Positions 48,338 through 57,892 are shown, numbered from the stretch's first letter. The stretch: 64,000 nucleotides of DNA from an uncultured Candidatus Saccharibacteria bacterium (GCA_964469605.1 CAYXZA010000001.1:71274-135273), one strand, 5' to 3'. The notes: a model not told the origin generated them from the sequence alone. Made by a program: numbers and translations.

Positions 48338-49429
48338 ATGAAAAAAGAAGATATTAAAAATTTAAAAAAAGAAGATGTTGGGGATAAAAAAATCTCTGTT
48401 ACGGGAGAGATCGATAAAGATGTTTTAAACAGTGCTTTTAACAAAGCTCTTAAAGAGATAAAGATTACATTTGAAGCAGATGGTTTTAGAAAAGGTTTTG
48501 TTCCTGAAAGTGTTATTTTATCTAAAATTGGTGATATGAAAGTTTTACAGGCTGCTGCTGAGGATCTGCTAAATGAAGCATATAAAGTTATTGTTGATGA
48601 GTTTAAAATAGATCCAATTGGTAGACCAGAGATATCTATAAACAAGATTGCAAAGGATAATCCTCTAGGATTTTCAATGGTTTTTTATTTAAGACCTGAT
48701 GTTAAATTGGGAGACTATAAATCAATTGCTGGTGTGGAAAATAATAAACCAGAAGAAGATTTTGTTGTATCTGAAAGTGAGGTTGATGATGTTGTAAAAG
48801 AGTTAAGATATCAGATTGCTCATTCTAAAATGCACAATGAAAGTGGTCTTTCTGAAAATGATCATAGTCACAAAGAGATAAAAGATGAAGATTTACCGGA
48901 GGTTAATATGGATTTTGTTAAACTATTTGGATCATTTTCTAGTGTTGATGATTTTAGAGAAAAGATAAAGTTAAATATTAAAGAAGATAAAGATTTTAAA
49001 GCAAAAGATAAAAAAAGAACCTCTCTTTTAGATGCTGTTGTTGAAAAATCAAAAATTGAAATGCCTGAGATTGTTATTTCAGGTGAGGTTGAAAAGATTA
49101 GAGCTCAATTTGAAGATGATCTAAAAAAGACAGGTCTTTCTTTTGATGGTTACCTATCTCATATAAAGAAAACAGAAGATGAAGTTTTGGAATCTTGGAA
49201 ACCTTTGGCTAAAAAAAGAGCAGAAACTCAACTTGTATTGTCTGCTATCGCCAGAGAGGAAAAAATAGAACCAAAAGAGGAGGATATTAAAAGAGAGGTT
49301 GATAATATTGTGTCATCTGTTAAAGGTGCTGATAGATTTAGAGCCAGAATGTATGTTGAAAATTTCTTGACTAATGATCTGGTTATAAAATTTTTAGAAT
49401 CTATAAAAACAGACTCAAAGCAACAATAG
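48338..49429 (+). CDS. tig: trigger factor (short form, PPIase region reduced)
   Basis: Ribosome-binding N-domain 'GFRKGFVPESVILSKIG' (the GFRxGxxP signature). Lies upstream of clpP as in many bacteria. 363 aa. Confidence 0.7.
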   Translation: MKKEDIKNLKKEDVGDKKISVTGEIDKDVLNSAFNKALKEIKITFEADGFRKGFVPESVILSKIGDMKVLQAAAEDLLNEAYKVIVDEFKIDPIGRPEISINKIAKDNPLGFSMVFYLRPDVKLGDYKSIAGVENNKPEEDFVVSESEVDDVVKELRYQIAHSKMHNESGLSENDHSHKEIKDEDLPEVNMDFVKLFGSFSSVDDFREKIKLNIKEDKDFKAKDKKRTSLLDAVVEKSKIEMPEIVISGEVEKIRAQFEDDLKKTGLSFDGYLSHIKKTEDEVLESWKPLAKKRAETQLVLSAIAREEKIEPKEEDIKREVDNIVSSVKGADRFRARMYVENFLTNDLVIKFLESIKTDSKQQ

Positions 49430-50099
49430 GTGCAGTTTCAGCTCTAAGTATTTGAGGTCCAATAGAAAAACCATAAACATTGTATTTCTCAAATATTTTT
49501 AGATCATTTTCTCCGAAACCACCTTCTGGGCCTATAAATATGGCTATTGATTTTTGATTGTTATTTGATTTTAAGTATTCTTTGATAGGTGGTCTGTTTG
49601 GGTCAAGAAATATTTTTTCTTGTGGCAAAATACCGCTTTCCAATAGTTTTTCAATATCGTATATATCTAAAATATTGGTCAAATCCCCTCTTCCAGACTG
49701 TTCACTTGCTTCTTTGATAATTTTCTCTACTCTTTTAGTATTTAGATTTTTTTTCTCACTTCGCTCTGTTTGTATTGGGACTATTGTGTTTACCCAAAGT
49801 TCTGTTGCTTTCTCGGTTACAAATTCAAATTTATCTTTTTTTATCATTGACATACAAAGCCAAATACTTTTTTCTGATTTTTGGATCTCTCTGCTTTTGA
49901 TGATTTCAAGTGTTGCCCCTAGATTTCTAAGTGATGTTATGACAGATAAATACTCTAAACCACTTCCATCAAATACTATAACCTGACTACCAACATTGTA
50001 TCTGAAGACCTTTTTCCATTGAAAAACAAGATCTTTGTCGTCTATATCAAATTTTTTACTCTCTATTTTTTTGTTTATATAAAACCTGTGAAGTCTCAT
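49401..50099 (-). CDS. rsmE: 16S rRNA (uracil1498-N3)-methyltransferase RsmE
   Basis: 'MRLHRFYI' PUA-like start and SPOUT C-terminus 'FIGPEGGF...LGPQILRAETA'. Confidence 0.8.
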   Translation of the reverse strand: MRLHRFYINKKIESKKFDIDDKDLVFQWKKVFRYNVGSQVIVFDGSGLEYLSVITSLRNLGATLEIIKSREIQKSEKSIWLCMSMIKKDKFEFVTEKATELWVNTIVPIQTERSEKKNLNTKRVEKIIKEASEQSGRGDLTNILDIYDIEKLLESGILPQEKIFLDPNRPPIKEYLKSNNNQKSIAIFIGPEGGFGENDLKIFEKYNVYGFSIGPQILRAETAPIVALSLFL

Positions 50100-50180
50100 T
50101 GATATATTTAAACATATTTGCCTTTTGTTTACTATGGTGATACAATAGTTAACATATTAACAATTAAATTTTGAAATTTT

Positions 50181-50759
50181 ATGAGTATATTGATTCCAAC
50201 AGTTATTGAAAAGACAAATCTTGGAGAAAGAGCTTATGACATCTACTCTCGCCTACTTAAAGACAATATTATATTTCTAGGTGGCCCAATAGACGATCAT
50301 ACAGCAAATCTAGTCATAGCACAGCTACTTTTCTTGCAATCAGAAGATCCTAAAAAAGACATTTCCCTATATGTAAACTCTCCTGGCGGTTCCGTGACAG
50401 CTGGACTAGCTATCATAGACACAATGAATCATATTAAAAACAATGTTTCAACTGTTTGTGTTGGTTTAGCTGCTTCTATGGGAGCAATGATTTTATCTAG
50501 CGGAGAAAAAGGAAAAAGATATAGTCTTTCTAATGCAGAGATTATGATTCACCAACCTTGGGCAGAGGGTATAGGAGGACAAGCAACAGATATAGAAATA
50601 AGAGCAAAACATATTTTAAAATCAAGAGAAACTTTGAGTAAAATATTGGCTAAAAATACAGGACAACCGCTTTCAAAAATAGAAAAGGATGTTGACAGAG
50701 ACTTCTTTATGTCAGCAGAAGAAGCTAAAAAATACGGCATAATAGACAAAGTTCTATAA
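50181..50759 (+). CDS. clpP: ATP-dependent Clp protease proteolytic subunit
   Basis: '[24 protein letters not shown]', catalytic Ser '[11 protein letters not shown]', and 'MIHQP'. Confidence 0.9.
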   Translation: MSILIPTVIEKTNLGERAYDIYSRLLKDNIIFLGGPIDDHTANLVIAQLLFLQSEDPKKDISLYVNSPGGSVTAGLAIIDTMNHIKNNVSTVCVGLAASMGAMILSSGEKGKRYSLSNAEIMIHQPWAEGIGGQATDIEIRAKHILKSRETLSKILAKNTGQPLSKIEKDVDRDFFMSAEEAKKYGIIDKVL

Positions 50760-50899
50760 TTCTTGTATATTTATATTGTAGGCCTGTTTAGGCTTTACAA
50801 ATTTGTCAAATTAATTTTTAACTACTGTTTTGGACTTTAATATACTGAAATCCTGAATCTTAAAACATAAAACATAAAATTTAAATCTAAAAACGGCAG

Positions 50900-52441
50900 T
50901 TGCAAACCTATATGTCACTTAAAATAGTTTTAGCCCTGCTTTCTGGGGCAACAGTTATAGGTGTGCTTTTGGGATATTATTTAAGAGTTATTATATCTTT
51001 GGGTAAAAAAGGTTCTATGGAGCTTGAATTAAAGCAAATGGAACTTTCTGCAAAAAATAGAGAAAAAGAGATAATCAATGAGGCAGAAGAAAAGGCTGAA
51101 AAAATACTATCTGAGGCTCGCCTTGAGATAAAAGAGAAAGAAGAAAAAAACAAAAAAACAGAGGAAAGGCTTATTAAAAAAGAGGAATTTCTAGATAATA
51201 GACAACTTGATATAGACAAGGAAGTTGAAAATATCAAATCTAAGATATTGGAAATAAAGAAAATCAGAGAAGATGCTGATTTGATTTTGCTTGAAAGAAA
51301 AAATCTACTTGAAAAGGTGGCTTCCCTAACCAAAGATCAGGCAAAAGAGGAGATTTTGAAAACAGTAGAAAAGGAGTATGAAACTGATATATTAAACAGA
51401 ATAAATAAACTTGAGAAAAATGGAGAGGAAAGACTTTTAAGAAAAGCACAAGATATTTTAGCTACAACCATACAAAGACTTTCAAATTCTGTATCTGCTG
51501 ATATGTTAACTACTGCTGTATCTATATCTTCTGATGAAATAAAAGGAAAGATTATAGGAAAAGAAGGTAGAAATATAAAAGCTTTTGAGAGAGTTACTGG
51601 TGTTGAGCTTATTGTAGATGATACTCCTGGATTTATAACAATATCATCTTTTGATCCTGTTAGAAGACAGGTAGCAAAACTTGCACTTGAAAAACTTATA
51701 GCCGATGGGAGAATACAACCAGCAAAGATAGAAGAGATAGCTACCAAAGCCGAACAAGAAATAGGAAAAATAATAAAAGAAAAAGGAGATGAAGCTGTTT
51801 ACGAATGTGGAATACTAAATCTTGATCCAAAACTTGTATCTATAGTTGGAAGACTTCATTTTAGGACAAGTTATGGTCAAAATGTTTTGGCTCACTCTGT
51901 TGAGATGGCTCATATTGCGGGGATGTTGGCACAAGAGCTTGGTGCAAATGTCTCTGTGGCTAAGGCTGGTGCTTTGCTCCATGATATAGGAAAAGCTCTT
52001 GATCATGAGGTTTCTGGAACTCATGTTGAAATAGGCAGAAGGATACTTCAAAAATTTAATGTAGATGAGGAGGTGATAAAAGCTATGCAGGCACACCACG
52101 AAGAGTATCCTTATGAAACAGTAGAGTCAATCATAGTTCAATGTGCCGATGCTATCTCAGGTTCTCGTCCGGGAGCTAGAAGAGATTCTGTTGAAAACTA
52201 CTTAAAGAGACTTGCAGATTTGGAATCCGTTGCAAATTCATTTAAAGGGGTTGAAAAATCTTATGCCCTTCAAGCTGGTAGAGAAATAAGAGTTTTTGTA
52301 ACACCGAGCGAAGTTTCTGATTTGGAAGCTAAAAATATAGCATTTGAGATGGCTAGAAGAATAGAAGATGAGCTGAAATACCCAGGAGAGATAAAAGTAA
52401 ATGTTATTAGGGAAAACAGGGTTATTGAATATGCAAAATAA
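50900..52441 (+). CDS. rny: ribonuclease Y
   Basis: N-terminal TM, coiled coil, KH 'IIGKEGRNIKAFERVTG', HD 'HSVEMAHIAGMLAQELG...LHDIGK'. Confidence 0.9.
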   Translation: MQTYMSLKIVLALLSGATVIGVLLGYYLRVIISLGKKGSMELELKQMELSAKNREKEIINEAEEKAEKILSEARLEIKEKEEKNKKTEERLIKKEEFLDNRQLDIDKEVENIKSKILEIKKIREDADLILLERKNLLEKVASLTKDQAKEEILKTVEKEYETDILNRINKLEKNGEERLLRKAQDILATTIQRLSNSVSADMLTTAVSISSDEIKGKIIGKEGRNIKAFERVTGVELIVDDTPGFITISSFDPVRRQVAKLALEKLIADGRIQPAKIEEIATKAEQEIGKIIKEKGDEAVYECGILNLDPKLVSIVGRLHFRTSYGQNVLAHSVEMAHIAGMLAQELGANVSVAKAGALLHDIGKALDHEVSGTHVEIGRRILQKFNVDEEVIKAMQAHHEEYPYETVESIIVQCADAISGSRPGARRDSVENYLKRLADLESVANSFKGVEKSYALQAGREIRVFVTPSEVSDLEAKNIAFEMARRIEDELKYPGEIKVNVIRENRVIEYAK

Positions 52442-52452
52442 TAAACCTATCC

Positions 52453-52551
52453 CGTTAAAAGTATAATTTTAGAGCACCGATAAATTTTTGCTAAAATTTT
52501 CCTCGTGCTTGGTAGAGTTACTTGAAAGTCTCTAAAATTATACTTTTACGG
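52453..52551 (-). repeat. palindrome-nested conserved element, copy E
   Basis: Core 52467-52537 (divergent copy). Inverted arms 'ccgttaaaagtataatttt' / 'aaaattatacttttacgg'. Directly 3' of rny. Confidence 0.7.
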
Positions 52552-52716
52552 TAATATAATTAAGATAGGGTATTATTTTATATTTTTCTTCAATTAAAAT
52601 TAAAATATTAAAAAGTAAAAATATAATAGAGTCAACATTTGCCATAGAAAAAAGCTTTATATATAATGTTATTATAGTAGATAAGCTATAAATTATTAGT
52701 TTTAATCAGTTTAAAT

Positions 52717-52989
52717 ATGAATAAAGCATCGATAGTAGATGAGGTTCATAAAAAACTTGGCGGAACAAAAGTTCAAGCTGAGGAAGTTGTAGATACTGTT
52801 ATAGATCTTATAGTAGGAACTTTAAAAAAAGGAGACGAAGTTTCTATTGCTGGTTTAGGTATCTTTTCAACAAAAACAAGAGCTGCTAGACAGGCTAGAA
52901 ATCCTAGAACAGGACAAATGGTTTCTGTTCCAGAGATGAAAGTGCCAAAGTTTAGACCAGCAAAGGCCTTTAAAGAGGCGGTTAAATAA
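52717..52989 (+). CDS. hup: DNA-binding protein HU
   Basis: 'MNKASIVDEV...GDEVSIAGLGIFSTKTRAARQARNPRTGQMVSVPEMKVPKFRPAKAFKEAV'; 90 aa. Confidence 0.9.
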   Translation: MNKASIVDEVHKKLGGTKVQAEEVVDTVIDLIVGTLKKGDEVSIAGLGIFSTKTRAARQARNPRTGQMVSVPEMKVPKFRPAKAFKEAVK

Positions 52990-53082
52990 TCGCTTTACCT
53001 TTAAAACAAGAAACACCACTAAGGTGTTTTTTGTTGTCGTAAAAAAGTCCCGAAGCCGAAGCTCCGAGACCTTTGTTGTGAC

Positions 53083-53937
53083 TTACGTCGCTGATTGTTC
53101 TTGAACCGATTGTTTTGCGAGCCAACGTGAGAGATACCATGCTCCGCAGAGCGCGATTCCTACGCCGACCCACTGAACGGGCGTGAGATGTTCGCCAAGC
53201 ATGACACTTGCGCCAAGGATGACCGCAGGGGTTTCTCCTTGGGCAAGGACACTCGCTTCCGTCGTGGGCAAATTCTCGAACGCCATCAGATTCGCAATCC
53301 AATAGAGGAATCCTCCGACGAATGCGAATCCGAGAACGAGCATAATCAGTTTCGGTTCGGCGATGGCTGACCACGACGCACCAGCACTCATCACGAGGCC
53401 GAGCGTTCCCATGCCGATGCAGGCATAGAAACACTTTTGGAGCGAGTTCCCCTTCGCGCGAGCAAAAAATTCGTAGATGATTCCGTTCATGATGGTTCCG
53501 AACAGCGTCCATCCGAATCCTGCCCACTGAAAATGTCCGCCCCAACGAGCCATCACTACACCGCCGAGCATCAACACCAGTCCAATGATGGACGCTGGAG
53601 AAATTCGCCGGCCTAAGAAAGCGCCGATCACGAGGTTCACCAGCGGGGTCGCGGTAATGATGATGATTGTCGGTCCCACGCCCCAGTGCCGAATTCCCTC
53701 GAAAAGTCCGAGTGTGGCGAACGGCATGGTCAGTGCAATAAGATACGTATACTTGTCCACACGTCCGACGACTCCACGAAGTCCGATGAGTGCCATTCCG
53801 GCAGTTAGGAATCCGCGAAAGACCATCAGTTGCGTGGGCGTGAACACACTTAGAACGTTGACGAAAGGCAGGGCCAACCCTGCCGTTAGCCAAATGCCCA
53901 TGACCCCGAAGAGTCCCAGCATGGTTTTACGATGCAT
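53083..53937 (-). CDS. EamA/DMT-superfamily transporter, foreign GC-rich composition
   Basis: Ten hydrophobic helices in two 5-TM halves. ~58% GC. The alternative 303-aa Arg-rich frame (52982..53893) was rejected. Confidence 0.65.
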   Translation of the reverse strand: MHRKTMLGLFGVMGIWLTAGLALPFVNVLSVFTPTQLMVFRGFLTAGMALIGLRGVVGRVDKYTYLIALTMPFATLGLFEGIRHWGVGPTIIIITATPLVNLVIGAFLGRRISPASIIGLVLMLGGVVMARWGGHFQWAGFGWTLFGTIMNGIIYEFFARAKGNSLQKCFYACIGMGTLGLVMSAGASWSAIAEPKLIMLVLGFAFVGGFLYWIANLMAFENLPTTEASVLAQGETPAVILGASVMLGEHLTPVQWVGVGIALCGAWYLSRWLAKQSVQEQSAT

Positions 53938-54121
53938 ACAAAATCCTTTCTGATTGGAAAAATCGTTTTTTCCTAAATATATTATATCATTTTATAATAT
54001 ATTGTCAATGATTATAATCAAAATATTGCTATTTTATAACTATAAATATGATTAAAATTTATTTATATAAATTTTGTTGATATATATTGACAAAAAATTA
54101 ACTATAAAATACAATATATTT

Positions 54122-54895
54122 ATGAATAATGAAAATTTTGATCTATCAAAATCACTAGAGTTAATAGGTTTTAGTCAAAAAGAAGTTTTGGTGTATTTGT
54201 CTTTACTTTCTTTAGGAAAAGGAACTGTTTCTCAAATAGCAAGAAAAGCCGGTATAAATAGGCCTAGTGGTTATCATATTTTAACTTCTCTAGAGTTAAA
54301 AGGGGTTATAAATGCTTCTGGTAAAGAGCCGAAAAAGGAATATGTTGCCAATTCTCCAGACGAAATAGAAAAACTCTTATTGAAAAAAAGAGATGATTAT
54401 GAAAATTATATAAAAGAAGCTAGAAAAATTATTCCCGAACTAAAGTCTATGCACAATATAAACAACAGGCCAAAGATATCTTTTTATGAAGGTAAAGATG
54501 GTTTACAGAAAGTCTATGAGGATACTTTAACTTCAAAAGAGGATATTTTGGCTTATGCTAGTGTTGAAGACGTTCACAGTACCCTACCAAATTATTTTCC
54601 TCTTTATTACAAAAGAAGGGCTAGAAAAAATATAAATATCAGAGCTATATTTCCAGGTTCCGAAGATGCAAAAAAATTAAAAAAATTTGATCAAGAGGAA
54701 AAAAGACAATCAGTACTTGTTCCTATTGATAAATTTAGTTTTCATCCGGAAATAAATATTTATGATAACAAGGTTATGATAGCTTCTTGGAGGGAAAAAC
54801 TCGGAATTATTATTGAAAGTTCTGAAATAGCAGATGCAATGAAAAAAGTTTTTGAGTTGGCTTGGCTAGGTGCAAAAGGGATTGAGGAGAAATAA
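54122..54895 (+). CDS. TrmB-like HTH transcriptional regulator (paralog 1)
   Basis: N-terminal winged helix 'LIGFSQKEVLVYLSLLSLGKGTVSQIARKAGINRPSGYHILTSLELKGVI'. Start set at the internal Met. Confidence 0.5.
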   Translation: MNNENFDLSKSLELIGFSQKEVLVYLSLLSLGKGTVSQIARKAGINRPSGYHILTSLELKGVINASGKEPKKEYVANSPDEIEKLLLKKRDDYENYIKEARKIIPELKSMHNINNRPKISFYEGKDGLQKVYEDTLTSKEDILAYASVEDVHSTLPNYFPLYYKRRARKNINIRAIFPGSEDAKKLKKFDQEEKRQSVLVPIDKFSFHPEINIYDNKVMIASWREKLGIIIESSEIADAMKKVFELAWLGAKGIEEK

Positions 54896-55042
54896 GGTTG
54901 TTTCTATTTTTTAAATTTCTCAAATATGTATTTTCACTGTGCGGGATATTAAATGACGTTAGAACCTGTTTTCTAGGGTCTAACTCCATGTTCTATATCC
55001 CAAGTTTGTCTCTAACAGAAGTGAAAGTCAATTAAAACAAAT

Positions 55043-55068
55043 GGGCACCCTCCTGTTGAGAAGTGCCC
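55043..55068. terminator. intrinsic terminator hairpin after HD-hydrolase gene
   Basis: GGGCAC-cctcctgttgagaa-GTGCCC flanked by A/T runs. Confidence 0.45.
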
Positions 55069-55087
55069 ATTTTACACCTATCTACTA

Positions 55088-55723
55088 TTACACCCGAAGA
55101 TGAGCAAGTGACCGAGCAATGTTTGCTCTGGCTTGCGTTTCATACTTGTTGCGGAAGGATTGCGTCGAGTAGATATTCGGTCGATCTAGAAACGCCTTCA
55201 GGATCGCCAAACGTCCGGCAATAAACTGATCTTCCGGTACCCACTCATACTCCTTACGTACTTGCTTCTCATATTCATCGAATCTTTCCTCAGGTTGACC
55301 TAGAATTGAGAGATCGATGTCAACAATAAGTTGAACATCTGAATCGGTGGGAGTCGCTGAATGCTTCGTTGCTATGATGAGATTTGCCACCGATTGTCCG
55401 AGGTTGTCGGGCAACGAAGCATTTCGCACCATTTCCATGGCGAGTGCTGCACTTCGCTCCTCACTGTCCTTGGTTTTGGTATCGTAGATTGCGTCATGAT
55501 ACCAGAGAGCCAATTCAACAGTATCAGGATTTGTTGCGAGGTGTCGGCCACGCTCGAGTTCGTCGAGGCAGAGTCTGATGTGTTGGAGTGTGTGGTACAC
55601 TCGGTGCGGTTCAGAGTATCGCACAACAAGCTCGTTGTAGACCACGCTTGCGTCTCCTTGCGCACCGAGGTGTTGCCACAACGCTTGCCATTGTTGTTCA
55701 TTTCGATTTAGCATTGTAAGCAT
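55088..55723 (-). CDS. HD-domain metal-dependent phosphohydrolase (small ~200-aa family), GC-rich
   Basis: 'YHTLQHIRLCL...WYHDAIYD' His/Asp metal ligands. ~50% GC. Confidence 0.6.
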   Translation of the reverse strand: MLTMLNRNEQQWQALWQHLGAQGDASVVYNELVVRYSEPHRVYHTLQHIRLCLDELERGRHLATNPDTVELALWYHDAIYDTKTKDSEERSAALAMEMVRNASLPDNLGQSVANLIIATKHSATPTDSDVQLIVDIDLSILGQPEERFDEYEKQVRKEYEWVPEDQFIAGRLAILKAFLDRPNIYSTQSFRNKYETQARANIARSLAHLRV

Positions 55724-56204
55724 CCTTCAGTTTCTCAAACACTGGTTCGGGGAGATAATTCTTCACTATTGTCGCCCATCCTTCAGGACCTATCAACCTC
55801 TTCACCATGCTTGAACTGACTTCGGCAATTCCACGTGGTGGCATCAGAAAAACTGTTGTGATGCCAGAGTTTAAGTCGCCGTTGATATTTCTCATCACCC
55901 GCTCGTATTCGTAGTCACTTTCGGTTCTGATGCCACGAAGTATGAATTGTGCACCTACCGATTGAGCGTAGGTGATAAGAAAATGATTGGTGAAACTACT
56001 GACTTCGACATTCGGAAACTGTTTTGTTGATTGTCGAAGCATTTCAAGTCGCTCATCAACCGAGAACATACAGTGCTTCTCTGGATTAATACCAATTGTT
56101 ACGAAAAGTTTGTCGAACAAAGCCGACCCTTGCTTGATCATCCAAATATGACCGACAGTTGGTGGATCAAATGTTCCAGCATAAACCGATGTCTTCTTAG
56201 TCAT
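55698..56204 (-). CDS. coaD: phosphopantetheine adenylyltransferase
   Basis: 'SVYAGTFDPPTVGHIWMI' (T/HxGH nucleotidyltransferase) and 'ILRGIRTESDYEYE'. Start trimmed to the Met before the motif. GC-rich. Confidence 0.8.
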   Translation of the reverse strand: MTKKTSVYAGTFDPPTVGHIWMIKQGSALFDKLFVTIGINPEKHCMFSVDERLEMLRQSTKQFPNVEVSSFTNHFLITYAQSVGAQFILRGIRTESDYEYERVMRNINGDLNSGITTVFLMPPRGIAEVSSSMVKRLIGPEGWATIVKNYLPEPVFEKLKDAYNAKSK

Positions 56205-56375
56205 CACCCTTTCTTTTTTTGGAAAATCACCCTTTGAATCAAACATTTCTTCAGACAACGATTCGTTAAGTTCAGAGAATAAATTCATACTTCCTCCTAG
56301 TTAAAGAACTTTCTCCCTATATTATGTATTTGTTGACAGAAATGTTCAATTATGTATAATAGAAACTATACAACT

Positions 56376-57137
56376 ATGAATAAAGAGAATTTGCCTGACA
56401 TATTAAAAGATATTGGACTTCCACCAGCTGAGGCCTCGGTTTATATTGCTTTATTAGATGGACTAAAATCTGTCCAAGAAATAATAAAAACTACTGGAGA
56501 AAAAAGACCAACGGTATATTACTCACTTAACTCCTTAGAAAAAAGAGGTTTAGTTAGCAAGACTGGAAAAGAATACGGAAACAAATTTCAAGTTGAACCG
56601 ATAAATAAATTATCAGAATTAGTAGAAAGAAATATACGAAGACAAAATTCTCTTTTAGAAAAGACAAAGAAACTAAAGGATTACTATCCAAACAAAAGAA
56701 CCAACAAAAAAATTTTAGTGTCTTACTTTGATAGTCTTGAGTCGATTAAATCAGCTATATTTTATAGTCTTTATAGTAAAGATAAAAAAATCAGAACCAT
56801 TGTGCCTGGAAGTAATTTTTTTCATCAGATTGGCGAGAAATTTGTTGAAGAGTATGTAAGTCAGAAAATTGAAAAAGGTATAAAAACTCAGGCTTTATGG
56901 GAAGATGTTCCTAATAAAAAAACTATAGATAAATATTATAGTGATTCAGTAATAAGACAATTGCCTTTGGACATGCATAATTCCTTTGAAACCACAATCT
57001 TCATATTTGACGACAAAACACTTTATATCGCTCCTAAAAAAGAGCATTATGCTGTGTTAATTCAATCTCATGAACATTCTAAAATGATGAGATCATTATT
57101 TGACGTAATTTGGAAAAATTCAATTCAAGTCGATTAA
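56376..57137 (+). CDS. TrmB-like HTH transcriptional regulator (paralog 2)
   Basis: 'LKDIGLPPAEASVYIALLDGLKSVQEIIKTTGEKRPTVYYSLNSLEKRGLV' is parallel to paralog 1. Confidence 0.5.
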   Translation: MNKENLPDILKDIGLPPAEASVYIALLDGLKSVQEIIKTTGEKRPTVYYSLNSLEKRGLVSKTGKEYGNKFQVEPINKLSELVERNIRRQNSLLEKTKKLKDYYPNKRTNKKILVSYFDSLESIKSAIFYSLYSKDKKIRTIVPGSNFFHQIGEKFVEEYVSQKIEKGIKTQALWEDVPNKKTIDKYYSDSVIRQLPLDMHNSFETTIFIFDDKTLYIAPKKEHYAVLIQSHEHSKMMRSLFDVIWKNSIQVD

Positions 57138-57142
57138 ATCTG

Positions 57143-57214
57143 TGCGGGATGGGAGAATCGAACTCCCGTATGCACATTGGAAGTGTGCCATTCTACCACT
57201 AAACTAATCCCGCA
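57143..57214 (-). tRNA. tRNA-Gly, anticodon TCC
   Basis: Reverse complement GCGGGAT-TA-GTTTAGTGGTAGAAT-GGCACA-CTTCCAA-TGTGCA-TAC-GGGAGTTCGATTCTCCC-ATCCCGC-A. Confidence 0.8.
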
Positions 57215-57229
57215 ATAATAGACAGTATA

Positions 57230-57892
57230 TCACAAAACTTTATTTATCCAAGCCATTATTCTTCTGTGTAAATAAACACCAAATTCTTTGTTTCCTAAAC
57301 TTTTTATTGTCATATGAGCTGTTCCATATGGAAGTTTGTTTATATTTCTTATTTTTTTATCTGTTCTTTTGTCTATTGTGCATTTATAAAACTGATCTCT
57401 TGGTATTTTGGTTTCTTTTGACCAAAAATTAATGCAATCTTCTTCTTTGTTGTCTGGGTATATATGTAATCTAATAGCAAAGTTTTTATTTTTTATACCA
57501 AAACAAGTTTTAAACCATTTAATTGTAAATTTAATCACTTTTGGGTCTGAGTTTATAATCCTTGTTAAGTTTATGGTTTTACTTCCCTCTCCTATGTATA
57601 TACCAATTCCAATCATCATAATATCTCTTTTTGTTAAATAGTTTATGTCTTTTTCTGATTGTTTTTTTGCTTTTTCAATATTTTCAAATTTTATTTTAAT
57701 TTTATGTAATGTTGATGCTAATCTAGCCTCTTTTATTTTATCCAAGGTATATTCATTTGGTTTAAATTCAATATCAGATAACCATTTACTCAATGTGCTT
57801 TTTGATAATGCAAATTTTGTTTTTATATAACTGTATGAATAGCCTAATTTTCTTAGTTCTATTACTTTTTTCTTTATTTCTGTATTATACAT
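57230..57892 (-). CDS. HTH-domain protein with possible LAGLIDADG-like motif
   Basis: N-terminal 'ELRKLGYSYSYIKTKFALSKSTLSKW' HTH; central 'IGIGIYIGEGSK' loosely resembles the LAGLIDADG/GxxDGEG motif. Confidence 0.4.
   Translation of the reverse strand: MYNTEIKKKVIELRKLGYSYSYIKTKFALSKSTLSKWLSDIEFKPNEYTLDKIKEARLASTLHKIKIKFENIEKAKKQSEKDINYLTKRDIMMIGIGIYIGEGSKTINLTRIINSDPKVIKFTIKWFKTCFGIKNKNFAIRLHIYPDNKEEDCINFWSKETKIPRDQFYKCTIDKRTDKKIRNINKLPYGTAHMTIKSLGNKEFGVYLHRRIMAWINKVL

Noticed and set aside
52982-53893. 303-aa Arg-rich ORF on the minus strand
   Set aside because: Out-of-frame overlap with the 53083..53937 ORF, which has a coherent 10-TM transporter topology. The Arg-rich frame is a typical artefact of GC-rich DNA.
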